Below are positions 39,656 to 54,539 of a stretch of 64,000 nt of DNA, in pieces (position 1 is the stretch's first letter; every line of letters starts with the position of its first letter). The notes beneath the pieces were generated by a model. That model worked only from the letters and a program-made list of their open reading frames with translations, searched no databases and had not been told where the DNA came from. The position numbers and the translations under genes are program-made. Source of the DNA: Eledone cirrhosa (Eukaryota); contig OZ024740.1 in the NCBI GenBank assembly GCA_964016885.1, positions 346,766,001 through 346,830,000 on the forward strand. Direction: 5' to 3'.

Positions 39656-40317
39656 ATTTTTAGATTTATGCACACACGCACACGCACACATATATAAAGT
39701 ACCAGTAATGCACTGGGATAATTGCTGGCCTTGTGCCAAAAGTAGAAACAATTATTTAAGCGTTTCATACAAAATATTCAAATTTCATTTAATTACAAAT
39801 ATACTCAGGTATCGTTTTAGTCAGCATAGAATGAAATCGTATGAGTCTGGATGATATTTGTGAGCATTTGAGAAATGTCTTCAATGCTGGGTAATATGTT
39901 CTAATATATCGTTGCGAGAGGAAGCAAACTACTGTAGTTCCAGTTCTATCATACTTATATAAATAGTAGTTCGTTTGCACGTTTAAATATTTTAATTCAA
40001 GTAGCCGATTGTGCCCTTTTCCCCGATCCTATATTCTTATAGTAAATGTATGGCTAAATTTATCACACATACATTAAAACATCTAATCAGTATATTAAAG
40101 TTTATGAAATAATTTCAAAATGTTAAAACCTTGACACTCACGTTTTCTATCGCCCACGTACTCTCTAATTCTATTTATATGTGTATGTTTGCATGTATGT
40201 ATGTGTGTGTGTGTATTGGGGGGAGGGGGTATATAAATAGTCATGTGTTGTAGGAAAAATCAATGAGGCATATATGTTAATTCCAGTATAAGTGTGTGCA
40301 TATATATATATATATAT

Positions 40318-40515
40318 AACGAAGGAGGTGTGGTAAGGAACCAGATGGACCATAACGCACCAGAGTACTCAATACTTAGGGTAGTAGAGTGGGTAATAGG
40401 AAAATGTTTGACCCCGACGGTAGAGTTCAAGCCGTTTCGACAGCTATTTCTGGACTATAGTCCAGAAATGGCCGTCGAAACAGCTTGAGCTCTGCTGTCG
40501 GGGTCAAACATTTTC

Positions 40516-40517
<2 letters not shown>
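40318..40517 (-). mobile_element. Family D fold-back element
   Basis: Inverted D tail plus ~118 bp palindrome GGAAAATGTTTGACCCCGAC...GTCGGGGTCAAACATTTTCC; (TA)n flanks. Confidence 0.87.
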
Positions 40518-40583
<66 letters not shown>

Positions 40584-40930
40584 TAAAACTGCTGCCGAAA
40601 TGTTTGATAAATAGTGGAACGGAGCTGCTGCGAAGAGGCTACGATCAATTGTTTGTCAGGGATTTCCCCGTAAGAAAATTTATTCTTAAAGCTTGCTAGA
40701 TTTGATTTTGTATATGGTTAATTATGCTGATTAGAGGAAGAAATAGTATATATCTTAATATCTGATTGATTATACAGACATGTTTTATGATATAATGCTC
40801 TGTTTTTTTTAATTTTAATTTATTAATTCTTCATTGAGCTTAAAAGTGAACAGTTACAACATATATATATCTTTGATTTAATTTTATGTATATGATAACC
40901 TTTATATATATATATATATATATATATAAA

Positions 40931-41107
40931 GGGAAATGTATGACCCTGACGGCAGAGCTCAAGCCGTTTCGACGGCTGGACATCAACACGGCTTAGGCTC
41001 TGTCGTCGGGGGTCATACATTTTCCTATTACCCACTCTACTACCCTAAGTATTAAGTACTCTGGTGCGTTATGGTCCATCTGGTTCCTTACCACAACTCC
41101 TTCGTTA
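40931..41107 (+). mobile_element. Family D fold-back element (a further fragment lies at 57101-57150)
   Basis: Imperfect palindrome GGAAATGTATGACCC...GGGTCATACATTTTCC plus the D tail; (TA)n flanks. Confidence 0.85.
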
Positions 41108-41124
41108 TATATATATATATATAT

Positions 41125-42276
41125 TTCAACCGGATTGGTCTGTCCCAGACATTCATTGAGCAACATCGGTGAAGTTGGCACCCTTAACTCACGGTTGGGT
41201 GCGGATGCATTCATGTATATGTGTGTGTCCGCATGTATCTGTGTGTTTCTAAATATATTGTTAATAACTCCCTCTGGTCGAGCAATCTTTGAAGTGTGGG
41301 GACTGCTGAAAAGCTTCCATTACTCATAATTCTCGCCCCCTTCACCACCTCTTCTACGGCTTCGATATAAATACCCCTTCCGCCTCCGTGGTATTTTCTT
41401 CGGGGTTATAAGAGGCTTAGCTCTTTTTCTCGACCGTTATATCGCGTGACTGTCTCCCCCTCCGCCTTTTGGGATTTTTTTTCACGTCGTGTAGACGCGT
41501 TCTTGAGACTAGTAAAATGAGGTATCCTCTTGATAAGTCGGCAGACCTCGCTAGGACTCTATATCTTTATGATGTATTGTTTTTGTTTATGCCACAAAAC
41601 TACGTAGTCGAGGAATCTAGGAGCAGTTTAGGTATGATACATTTTATTACTAATTATATCTAAATGTTTCTTCTCTCTTCATGATGTATTTTTAACTCTG
41701 ATACTGGTTCAGTCTGGTTCAACCGGATTGGTCTGTCCCAGTCATTCATTGAGCAACATCGGTGAAGTTGGCACCCTTAACTCACGGTTGGGTGCGGATG
41801 CATTCATGTATATGTGTGTGTCCGCATGTATCTGTGTGTTTCTAAATATATTGTTAATAACTCCCCCTGGTCGAGCAATCTTTGAAGTGTGGGGACTGCT
41901 GAAAAGCTTCCATTACTCATACTTCTCGCCTCCTTCACCACCTCTTCTACGGCTTCGATATAAATACCCCTTCCGCCTCCGTGGTATTTTCTTCGGGGTT
42001 ATAAGAGGCTTAGCTCTGTTTCTCGACCGTTATATCGCGTGACTGTCTCCCCCTCCGCCTTTTGGGATTCTTTCTCACGTCGTGTAGACGCGTTCTTGAG
42101 ACTAGTAAAATGAGGTATCCTCTTCATAAGTCGGCAGACATCGCAAGGACTCTATATCTTTATGATGTATTGTTTTTGTTTATGCCACGAAACTACGTAG
42201 TCGAGGAATCTAGGAGCAGTTTAGGTATGATACATTTTATTACTAATTATATCTAAATGTTTCTTCTCTCTTCATA

Positions 42277-42280
<4 letters not shown>
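41125..42280 (+). repeat. Tandem dimer of a 593 bp non-coding unit (family E), one variant hammerhead per unit
   Basis: TTCAACCGGATTGG at 41125 and 41718; hammerhead motifs at 41525-41614 (GAAA>AAAA) and 42118-42207 (TTGA>TTCA); (TA)n flanks. Confidence 0.92.
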
Positions 42281-42316
<36 letters not shown>

Positions 42317-42837
42317 AGAGAGAGAGAAAGAGAGAAAGAGAGAGAGAGAGACAGACAGAGAGATAGTGAGAGAGAGAATGTCTGTCAGAAAAATTTGAAT
42401 GAGTATGTGATTGAGATTTTTACTATATTTTTACCTCATGCCGCGTAGCTCATTCCCTGGGGGGTTTTATTGCAGCCCAAACACGATAACAAAATTTTCC
42501 ACCATGGGCTCAGGATTACTAAATCCTGAAATCAAATTCGGGAATTGCTGAAAGCCCAATATAGAGTTTACACCAGTGACACTTTGTCACTTCGAGAATT
42601 TGGTAAGTTTATAGATGTCGATGAAATACTCAGCCACTATGAACTGTATTGCAATGTGTCTCACATTGAATGTATCGAATAGCTGGAGTTCATTGTAGTG
42701 TTATCGAGGGAATTACACACCATTATACTTTATCTTCCTCTCTTTATTTCTGTATCATTCTCTCTACCTCTCTCTATTTCCCCCTCCCTTTATATATATA
42801 TATGTATCTATCCATCTATCTCTGTATCTATCTATCT

Positions 42838-45800
42838 GGGATGGATACACGCGTAAAACTTGGTGGGTAAGTTCTGCCTAAATTTCCATAGAAATTCTGA
42901 ACAGTAAACTTTCATGTTTGTACCATTTTGTAGAGGGAATGCCAGGGCAAATTTTGATTGGTCAGTCTCTCAAATTATTCCACGCCTTTAGGCGAAATTG
43001 TGTTGAAAAAAAAATGTTATGTTTCGAAAAATTTCCTACTTTGAAAATTTTTCACCAATATTTAAAGAAAGAAATGGGGAGCTAAACTCACAGCCTCCCC
43101 CTGCCACTGTCACAACAGCAGATGACCGACCTGCTGACCGACAACTTGATGTAGCCACAACTACACAAGAAACCGAAACCAACAACAACAACAACAACGA
43201 CAACAACACCAACAATAAAGACAACAAAAACAACAACACCAACAACAATGATAACTACAACACCACCAACTACAACAGCAACATGAACAAGGAAAAGGAC
43301 TCCTTCGCCCAGACTGCATGGAAAACCCTCGACTATCTGCCAGTAGATATAAGCAAAGCGAAGGAGCTACTGGCAGATGCCAAAAAATACATAGTGTACG
43401 GGGAAAATGGATCATTTTCGACCCCCCCCGCCGGAACTAAAAAGCCATAGACTCCTAAACACTGTCATGTTTAGGTCAGTCTCAAACAAAGAGCAAAAAA
43501 CCAGCTCAACCATCACAGAGTGAGATAGAGCTGGTTTTAAAAGATGTCATGAAAGACATCATATTCATTCTACGGGAGTCTATCCATTCTCATGAAGGAC
43601 AGGGACACGGCAGCTAAACTGTCAATAAAACCAATCACATCCACCGCATACACCTTCTACCCTACGTACACGGGTAGAAGGACACACAAAATAAAAATGC
43701 ACACCATCCATCCGATTATGGACATATGGTGGGTATTGACAGGTTTCCTGGACCTAGACGATGACACACTAATATCCATGGGAAAGGCATCGGGTGACGC
43801 GTTCAGGGGAACGGGCCTTGAACTTGTAGTTCAAATGAGGCCCGAAAGGATCGCGCAGATCCCTGAACGCGTCATACTGGATGATCAAACTTTTATCAAC
43901 ATTACCGTTGAGAGTAGGCGGCCCTCGTGTTACCTCTGTGGAGCCAGAGGTCACCTGAGGGCTGTCTGTGCTCAACTTAAAAAGAAAACCCCAATCCTGC
44001 CTACACCACCAACAACTGCACAGCCAACACAATCACCACAACCACCACTACAAAAAAACAACCACAGCTCAAACCAAAACAAAACACTGTCCAACCCATC
44101 GCCCCCACTCAAAAAATAAAAAACAATTTCCAAAACACCCGCACCGCAAACACAACCCGAAAATATACCCCTCCCCTACAACGCGGAAGATGACCGTCGT
44201 TCGTCGTCAGACGAGGAGGAGCACTCCCACACAATCAAAAGAAAAAAAGAAAACACACCTCAGACACACAAATGAAAACATGCCCTCCCCAAAACAACAC
44301 AGACACCAACACAAAAGAGCACACAACAAGCAAACAAAACACACCACACAAAAACAAAAACATGCATACACATACATAAACACAAGAAATAAAAAAACTA
44401 CTAAAAATTGTATACAACAATTTAATAAAAACCCAAGAGCCTATCTTCAACCAGGCAGGGGATTTCCCCCACCTCAAAATGCTTAAGGCCCCAGAGGAAA
44501 CAAACATATAAGACTCTCAAAAACAACTTTAAAGAGGACGTGGGCCTCTTCTGCGTCGGGCCCATTAACCGCGTCCTCCTAAAAAATGTCCCCACCCCCT
44601 CCCCAAACACCCATACAACTCCAAACACCCCAACCACGCAACACACTGATGCCCCTACACATTCACAAACCACCACCCCACCCAACAACCCATCCCCCAC
44701 CCTCATGGAAATTGTTCAACCCCATACCCGGGACGCAGAGAGGTAAGTGCCTTTTCTCTTCACCACCAACATGGCTATGCTAAGCGTAGGCTGTCTAAAT
44801 GCGCGTGGCCTGGGCTCAACTTGGAAGCAAGCAATGCTTCTAAATGACGTCAGGTCACAACGTATAGATGTGATGGTTATTTGCGAGACCCGGATCAGCA
44901 ACGTGCGACAGCTGGCCCCACCTTGGATGACTTTGAGATGCACGCATCTCTCTGTCAACCCGGAGGTGAGGGTGTGGTTGTCGTTCTCTTGCAAAAACAT
45001 CTGTGTCTCGCAACACAGACGGTATATTTGGTCCCGGAGGGTCGATTAGTGGTTTTGGACATTGGCAGTGGTGATCAACGCGGCCGGACTTCTTCCATCG
45101 ACTGGAGAATTTTCTAGGGACGTCCCGCTCCTTGCTATTAGTGGCGGACTAGAATGGTATCCTAGATGCACGTTGGGACTACGTAGGGGCCTGTCCCGAT
45201 AGAGATGGGTGTAACTGCCTCAAAGAGTTAATCGATCGATTTGACCTGGCCGAGTAATCGCAGCGGAACATCTAGGTCGTACCTAGATAGGTTCCTAGTT
45301 AGAAATAAAGATAGGGACATATTAAGCTGTCCACGAATGTTCATGGTTGACTATTCAGACCACAAGTTAGTGACCTACATGGTCAACCTTGATAAGAACG
45401 CATAGACAGTGACCCAGTTACTGGAAGCTCAACTTGTCCTTACCGACAAGTAAGGCTTACAGGGACCGGATTAGCACTTTAGTTAAGGGGCGGTTGACGG
45501 GTGCCGTCGTCAACAGCAGGTGGTGGGGATCTCACAAAAGAGAGATTAGAGTAGTCTCTATAGAATTTATTAAGGAGTTAGCCTCAAATAGAAATAGGAA
45601 GGAAAGAGAGTTGGTAGATAGTGTAGAAGAGGTAATTAGAAGCGGCGGCGTGGCCAGAGTGCTAGCGTTGAGAACGGCCCTGGGCCAGTTCTTCGACGCG
45701 AAACACGGAGGCTGCATCGTCCGAAGCAAAATACGTGCTCTGGAAAACGAGGGGACCAAAGCTATTAGCTGGGCCCGCGTGACAGAAGCCGAAAGAGGGA

Positions 45801-48372
45801 GTAGATCCACTATCCGGTCTCTGCGAGACCAGAATGGACGGGTGATCCTTGAACCTAAGCAGATGTGCGAGGCTTTTCAAAAGCACTTTGCAATATTGTT
45901 CGGAAGGGGCGGGGAACCGGTTGGGGAAGTGGACTTCGGTCCATACCTCAACGGCCTGCCGCGTCTCTCGGACAGGGAGGCGAAGTCCTGCGAGGAACCG
46001 ATTTCAGCCGCTGAGATAGAGGACGTGCTGAGCCAATGCGGCAAACGCAAATCCCCGGGTCTCGATGGTCTTCCATACGAATTATATCTAGCTATGCCGG
46101 ACTTGTTCCCCGATCTCCTCGAGGCGGTCTACTGCAACTGGCAACAGAACGGGAGAATTCCCTGTGCTGTGACCAATGGTGTAGTCACGCTAGTGAGGAA
46201 GGACGAGAACAAGGGTGACGATATAAATAATTTCTGGCCCATAACTCTGCTAAATACAGAGTTACAGATTTTGGCCAAGGTGCTAGCAAAGAGGTTGGCG
46301 CTTGTCGTGGACAACCTGGTGGGAGATGCGCAGACATGTGCCATCCCGTCCAGGTCCATCCACAACAAGCTCCACCTCATGCGATACATCATAGATAGGG
46401 TTGGGAACGAACCCGGCTTTGGTGGGGCCCTGATCAACTTGGATCAATCTAAGGCGTTCCATAGGGTCGAACATCATTACCTGGATGCAGTGCTAGCGGC
46501 GGCTGCCTTCGGACCCGTTTTCAGGGGCTGGATCAATGCCATGCACAGCAGCCGCATCTGCTCAAGGCTCAAGGTAAACGGCTACCTCTCGTAGCCGTTC
46601 GAAATCACGCGGTCCATCCGACAAGGATGCCCTCTCTCCTCCCTTCTGTATGTAATGACTCTAGAGCCACTGCTGCGGAAGTTGGAGTTGTTGCAGGGCA
46701 TCCCGTTGGAACCGGGATTGTGGAAAGCGGTGTCGGCCTACGCTGATGACGTAAAAGTAATGGTGTCGAGGGCCTCGGAAATCGGGGCGATCGGCACCTT
46801 ACTGGAGGAGTACGAAAGGTTTACAGGGGCTAAGCTGAACCGGGACAAGTCGATCGGTCTGCAACTCAGAACGCGGAGGGGCAGATCGATGCCCTCCGAT
46901 GGCGTGGTCGGGCGCCGGACGGAGCGCCCGGTGAAGTTGCTCGGGGTCTGGTTCGGACCAGACCTCCAGGTGGAGAAGAACTGGGGGGAGGTAACGAACA
47001 GGGTGTTTGCACTGACCCAGAAGTGGGCCGAGTGCAAACTGTCCCTGAAAGGTCGGGTGGAGGTGGCGAACAATTATATAGCGTCCGTCATCTACTACCG
47101 CCTGACCGTCTTGCCTTGCCCAAGGGAAACGCTCGCCAAAATGGAGCGCGCACTCTTCCAATTCCTTTGGAAGAAGCGGGCTCCTACGGTGAGGAGATAT
47201 ATCTGCTGTCAACACCCTTCGAAAGGAGGGCTGGGGTTGCCGTTGATAATGATACGTAAACACGCATTAAGGCTACGGTACCTCAAGGTATTCCTCACCG
47301 GTCAACCGGTGTGGGACCCGTTTGTGAGGCGAGCCTTTCCCAGACTCGTCTCAGTCACAGAGCTGCAATCCTGGGTCAAGCAAAGACTGAGAAAACTGGG
47401 CGCCTGGCACACCGAGTGTGCCCACAGCGATCACCGCTCTCTGGCAGGCGGACCCGGCTGTCAGTGGAGAATCCACCTCGTCATTCTATAGAGGGCTCGT
47501 GGTTAGCAGGGGCGACGACGGCCTCGGAGAAGCCCTAGACATGTAGAAAAACGAACTGGGCAATCTGTTCGGTAGGACATTCAGCCCGGGACCTATGGAT
47601 AACTGAACTGGCAGTGCTACCGAGGGGCTCTGCCCGTTCGAGAAAGGCTCTACAGACACGGGCGCCCGCTTAGGGACCCCTCGAAAAAGATCTTTGCCAG
47701 TTGCGTGTGTGACGAGGAAACCGTTACACACGCATTGGTACACTTCTCAGGCATTGCCGATCTGTGGGGCTATGTCGACCGACTGCTGTCACGGGTGGGA
47801 CCGAACGGTTGACCACCGAGTCTATTGTAACGATCAAGCCGCCTCCCCTTTTCAAAAACGAAGGAGAGGCGGTGTCTCTGTGCGTAATAGCCATGGCGAA
47901 AGAGGTTGTATGGTGGACGCGTCTGAAAGGACTGAGGTCAGACACCTTTCTCTCTGGCCAACAACTGGTCCGTTTCTTCCGATATCATTTCGGAAGAAGG
48001 ATCAGGATGGAGAGAGATGTGCTGCACCCCAGCCGTTTTTATGAAAGATGGGTGAAAGTGGCGAGAATGGCCCGTGTGAATGGGCCTTCACTCTACATCA
48101 GACTATAGGTGAGGAAGATGAAAGATCAAGGGAGCACACCCTCTCTGTGCTCCTGAGGAGAAGGGTTGCACACTTTTTTTCTGGAGTGTGTGCGACCCCC
48201 CAAGGCGCCTCCTCCCTATTGAGGATTTTGTTATTAAATTTATTTTTGTTATATTTTATTTTAATTTTATATCTTGTTATTGCCTCCTCCTTATTGAGGA
48301 CGCCTTTTTATGTAAACACCCCCCATTGTACTTGTCCCACTTTTTGATGCCCTGGTGGCAAATAAAGAGAAA
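42838..48372 (+). mobile_element. Near full-length Tx1-clade LINE, family A copy 2 (stops, frameshifts, two deletions in APE)
   Basis: ORF1 CYLCGARGHLRAVC; ORF2 NARGL, ICETR, KSPGLDGLP, DQSKAF, AYADD; 3' UTR matches 494-730; followed by (TC)n. Confidence 0.92.
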
Positions 48373-48503
<131 letters not shown>

Positions 48504-48954
48504 TTGTGCGTGTGCCTGTGTGTGTATAAACCTATCCATAATCAAATGTTTCACACTTTAGATACTTTCGCTCTTCCACTTGTTAAATTTATTACTAATC
48601 TAAATAATACAAACAAATAGATAATGGATCGTAATAAATAAATTCATTTTTTTACTCAGAGACATTCTTTCTGTGGTTACAATGTTTATGAGACAATTGC
48701 TAAAATTAATTACGTATCCGATCTCTGCATGGAGATATAAAGCACAGAAAAAGGCGAGGAAGGGCTGGGTAAAGATGACAATGAAATTTCATGTTAGACG
48801 AAATATCTATAGATTAAAGCTATTAAACTATAAAATTTCAAATATCTTGCATGCTTAATGACTTACACAACTAATGGTACCCGACTGAAAATGTATAAAT
48901 TGTAGAAAAATTATCTAAATGAAATTTATCCCTTTATCCGTGTGTACTTGCTTG

Positions 48955-49072
<118 letters not shown>

Positions 49073-49897
49073 TACATACATATGGTTGTGTCAATTTGTG
49101 TAGTTGTGTGACTGTATTTCGTCAGATTCCGTTCGAGTTTACATTTCTGCTACTTAGAAAGCCTACTTTTCTCACATTAAGATACGTTGGTATATATCAT
49201 TTACTACAGTCCGTGCAATGACAGCTCTTAAAGGGCTTCGGTGAGATATTAATTGATAAAGAGCGAGCAACTCTACGTTATTATTCAGAATTATTTTGCT
49301 TTGAACTAGAGATGTAAAGTACTGAATATCTTCAGCCACGCTTCAAGATCATTGCTCTCAAACATTTGTATTGTCTACTATTGGAGGTTATATTTGAAAT
49401 ATCTGTTTTACATGTCCCACTGAAATGTTTAACATTCTAGGATATTTTTCGTTTGTGTTGTCTGATTTCTGACTATCATATTTTAATCTAAGAATCTTTC
49501 ACAGCTGGTTGTTCCTTTTGCATTTCCGAGGAGAGTATTCTCCTAAAAAATCCTTGTTTCTTATATTTTCTGAATATTAATCTCTTAATTCTCGCGTGTA
49601 TAAGGGCAGGATCTCTCTTGCAAAATCCCGAAATCTTGCAATATTTGCTTTCATTATTTGCTTTGATCAAAAGTAAAAATCCTCTTGGTGTACTTTACTG
49701 TTCTCATGTAGTAATTCCGTCCATATTAAATTACTTAAAGGTATGTGCACAGATCCTTCGCTTATTTTACCGGATGGAGATTAGCAGCCGTGAATATGTG
49801 CACATTCATCAGATTGCCTACACACACACACGCACGCACACATACACCACCCCCACATATATATTTTGATATCTACCTATCTCTCTATCTTTCTACG

Positions 49898-50013
<116 letters not shown>

Positions 50014-50246
50014 ATATTTAGAAACACACAGATACATGCGGACACACATATACATGAATGCATCCACACCCAACCGTGAGTTAATGGTGCCAACTTCATC
50101 GATGTTGCTCAATGAATGACTGGGACAGACCAATCCGTTTGAATTAGACTGAACCAGTATCAGAGTTAAAAATACATTATGAAGAGAGAAGAAACATTTA
50201 GATATAATTAGTAATAAAATGTATCATACCTAAACTGCTCCTAGAT

Positions 50247-50336
50247 TCCTCGACTACGTAGTTTCGTGGCATAAACAAAACCAATACATCATAAAGATGT
50301 AGAGTTCTTGCGAGGTCTGCCGACTTATCAAGAGGA
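50247..50336 (-). ncRNA. Type I hammerhead ribozyme with U3-A8 core (family E)
   Basis: Reverse complement of the 50655-50744 motif, core intact. Confidence 0.75.
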
Positions 50337-50654
50337 TACCTCATTTTACTAGCTTCAAGAACGCGTCTACATGACGTGAGAAAGAATCCCAAAAGGCGGA
50401 GGGGGAGATAGTCACGCGATATAACGGTCGAGAAACAGAGCTAAGCCTCTTATAACCCCGAAGAAAATACCACACCACCTCTTCTATGGCTTCGATATAA
50501 ATACCCCCTCCGCCTCTGTGGTATTTTCTTCGGGGTTATAAGAGGCTTAGCTCTGTTTCTCGACCGTTATATCGCGTGACTATCTCCCCCTCCGCCTTTT
50601 GGGATTCTTTCTCACGTCATATAGACGCGTTCTTGAAGCTAGTAAAATGAGGTA

Positions 50655-50744
50655 TCCTCTTGATAAGTCGGCAGACCTCGCAAGGACTCTATATCTTTAT
50701 GATGTATTGTTTTTGTTTATGCCACGAAACTACGTAGTCGAGGA
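50655..50744 (+). ncRNA. Type I hammerhead ribozyme with U3-A8 core (family E)
   Basis: tcctc TTGATAA gtcggca-(~45 nt)-tgccac GAAA CTACGTAG TC gagga; palindromic stem III, GUC triplet. Confidence 0.78.
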
Positions 50745-50810
50745 ATCTAGGAGCAGTTTAGGTATGATACATTTTATTACTAATTATATCTAAATGTTTC
50801 TTCTCTCTTC

Positions 50811-50862
<52 letters not shown>

Positions 50863-51578
50863 GTGTATATATGTATATATATATCTATCAATAATCTCCT
50901 GTCTCTCATCCTCACTCCCTCCCATTCGATAAAATAGAGTACCAGTAATGTACTGGTGAATTGCTGGCCTTGTGCCTAAAGTAGAAACAATTATATATAT
51001 ATATATATATATAAATATTTTTTATATAGCTTTCGGCATGTGTGTAGAGTCAATATGCTTTATATTAATACCAACATACATCTCTCCTTCATATATGGCC
51101 TACTAAGTTGAAATATCGTCTCACTATAGATTATTTGGAATTCCATATTTCGTAATCTCTGTCTTTGACCTAATTTATTTATTCATATTTGCTGATGTAT
51201 GTGTATTTACATCAAAGATAATACGATTCATACAACGATATAAATGCTCACAAACATTATTCAGACAGTGTTCATTATTTCTTTTGAATAATGGTCAATG
51301 TTATTTGTTTTCTTCTACACATCATAAATGGGAAACTCAGACTGAAAATATGTGAAGATATTGGCACTCAATAAAATCTGTTATATCACGCTAGATTTAC
51401 TTTTGAATGCTAACATACAAGAAACCCACAAAAATAGTTACTGCAGAGATGATAACACGCTTCTATCCATATAGACACTCATAAACATAGACGCATACGC
51501 ACACATACATACACACGCAATTATATATATATACATAAAACTCTCTCTATCACTCTCTCTCTTCCTCTCTCTTCTTCC

Positions 51579-51709
<131 letters not shown>

Positions 51710-51840
51710 TGTATATTGTTTCGTTTACAAGTATATTAATGTGCACAGACACACAGATATATTGTCCTTGGTATGACTGTCGTTTTAGCTCAAATAGGAT
51801 AACTAGTATACTACAGAGCCGTTATAATTCAGGAATAACC

Positions 51841-52210
51841 AAAGAGTGCTTAGAAATACATTGTTTTATTTGCAAACAGTGTTTCATCCATACCCTATGG
51901 CAGGAAACATCGGAGCCTATAAACAAAAATATATCAAAGTTTGCAGGCTCCATCGAGCGGAATCACCAGAAAAAGAATGAAGGACAAGTAGGGGGGTCCC
52001 AGGCCAGTGCTGTATCATGTATTGTGTCTTGTTCTATACAGCGCTGGCTTGGGGCGCCTCTACTTGCCCTTCATCCTTGTTCTGGTGACTAGGCTCGATG
52101 GAGCCTGCAATGTTTGATATATTTTTGTTTATAGGCTCCGATGATTCCGGCCCTAGTGTATGGATGAAACACTGTTTGCAAATAAAACAATGTATTTATA
52201 AGCACTCTTT
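51841..52210. mobile_element. 370 bp palindrome with hammerhead-like motif (family F)
   Basis: Arms pair inward to a ~21 nt loop at 52016-52036; 52135-52179 reads gct CCGATGA ttcc..ggat GAAA CACT GTT tgc then AAATAAA. Confidence 0.82.
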
Positions 52211-52241
52211 GCTTATATATGTATGTATATATATATGTATA

Positions 52242-52369
<128 letters not shown>

Positions 52370-52666
52370 TACTTGGGGAGGGTCACATTTGTGTAATATT
52401 GCCAGAATTAATAACAGAACACACTCACTGTTTGCTTGGTTTTCGCTTTTCGCTTTTGTGTCCTTTATATCGGTAATCTAATTTATTCGGTCCTCAATGT
52501 TGCCATTGACTGACCGGCGGTCAAAAATAATACAGATACAATATAGACACAAACACATATATATAGTTTATCAGAGTTCTTTCGTTGCACATCTGCAACG
52601 TCGTCAGTGGTGCTATTGTTTCCTCCCGTTGCATTGTATGTCTACGCCATTTTAGTTAGTCTGTTA

Positions 52667-53875
<1,209 letters not shown>

Positions 53876-53880
53876 TATAT

Positions 53881-53980
<100 letters not shown>

Positions 53981-54408
53981 ATTGTTTGTTCAGCAATTTG
54001 AGAACTAAATGTGTAGGTCTGTTCGTGGAAGTCTAGTATATGGTGTACATATTTGGTGTTAAACTATGGTCGGTTTCTCTCAACTACAGAGTGCAATACT
54101 AAAATAAGTATGAACGAGGTATGAAATTATCATTAGTTTATTCAGGTTTGACGCGCGTTTTACTATTGATCACCTCAAGTGTCTGATGAGCCTTTGATTA
54201 CAGAGACGGCCGAGATCGATACAGATCGAAATTTCAGCTGATCAATAGCGAAATCTACGTTATACCTTAATAAATTAATGATGATACCTTGACACCTTGT
54301 TCATACGTATTTTATATATGTATATATGTAGTGGTGCTATTCAGTTAGACATCGCCTGGGCCAATGCTGGCCGAAACCTACCAAAGTTATCAAATTTATA
54401 TATTTATA

Positions 54409-54536
<128 letters not shown>

Positions 54537-54539
54537 TTG

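Noticed and set aside
41469-41663. 64 aa ORF repeated four times (also 42062, 50198, 50599) as a small gene family
   Set aside because: It starts at TTG, overlaps the hammerhead and is preserved simply because the repeat copies are young; cannot be excluded but is unsupported
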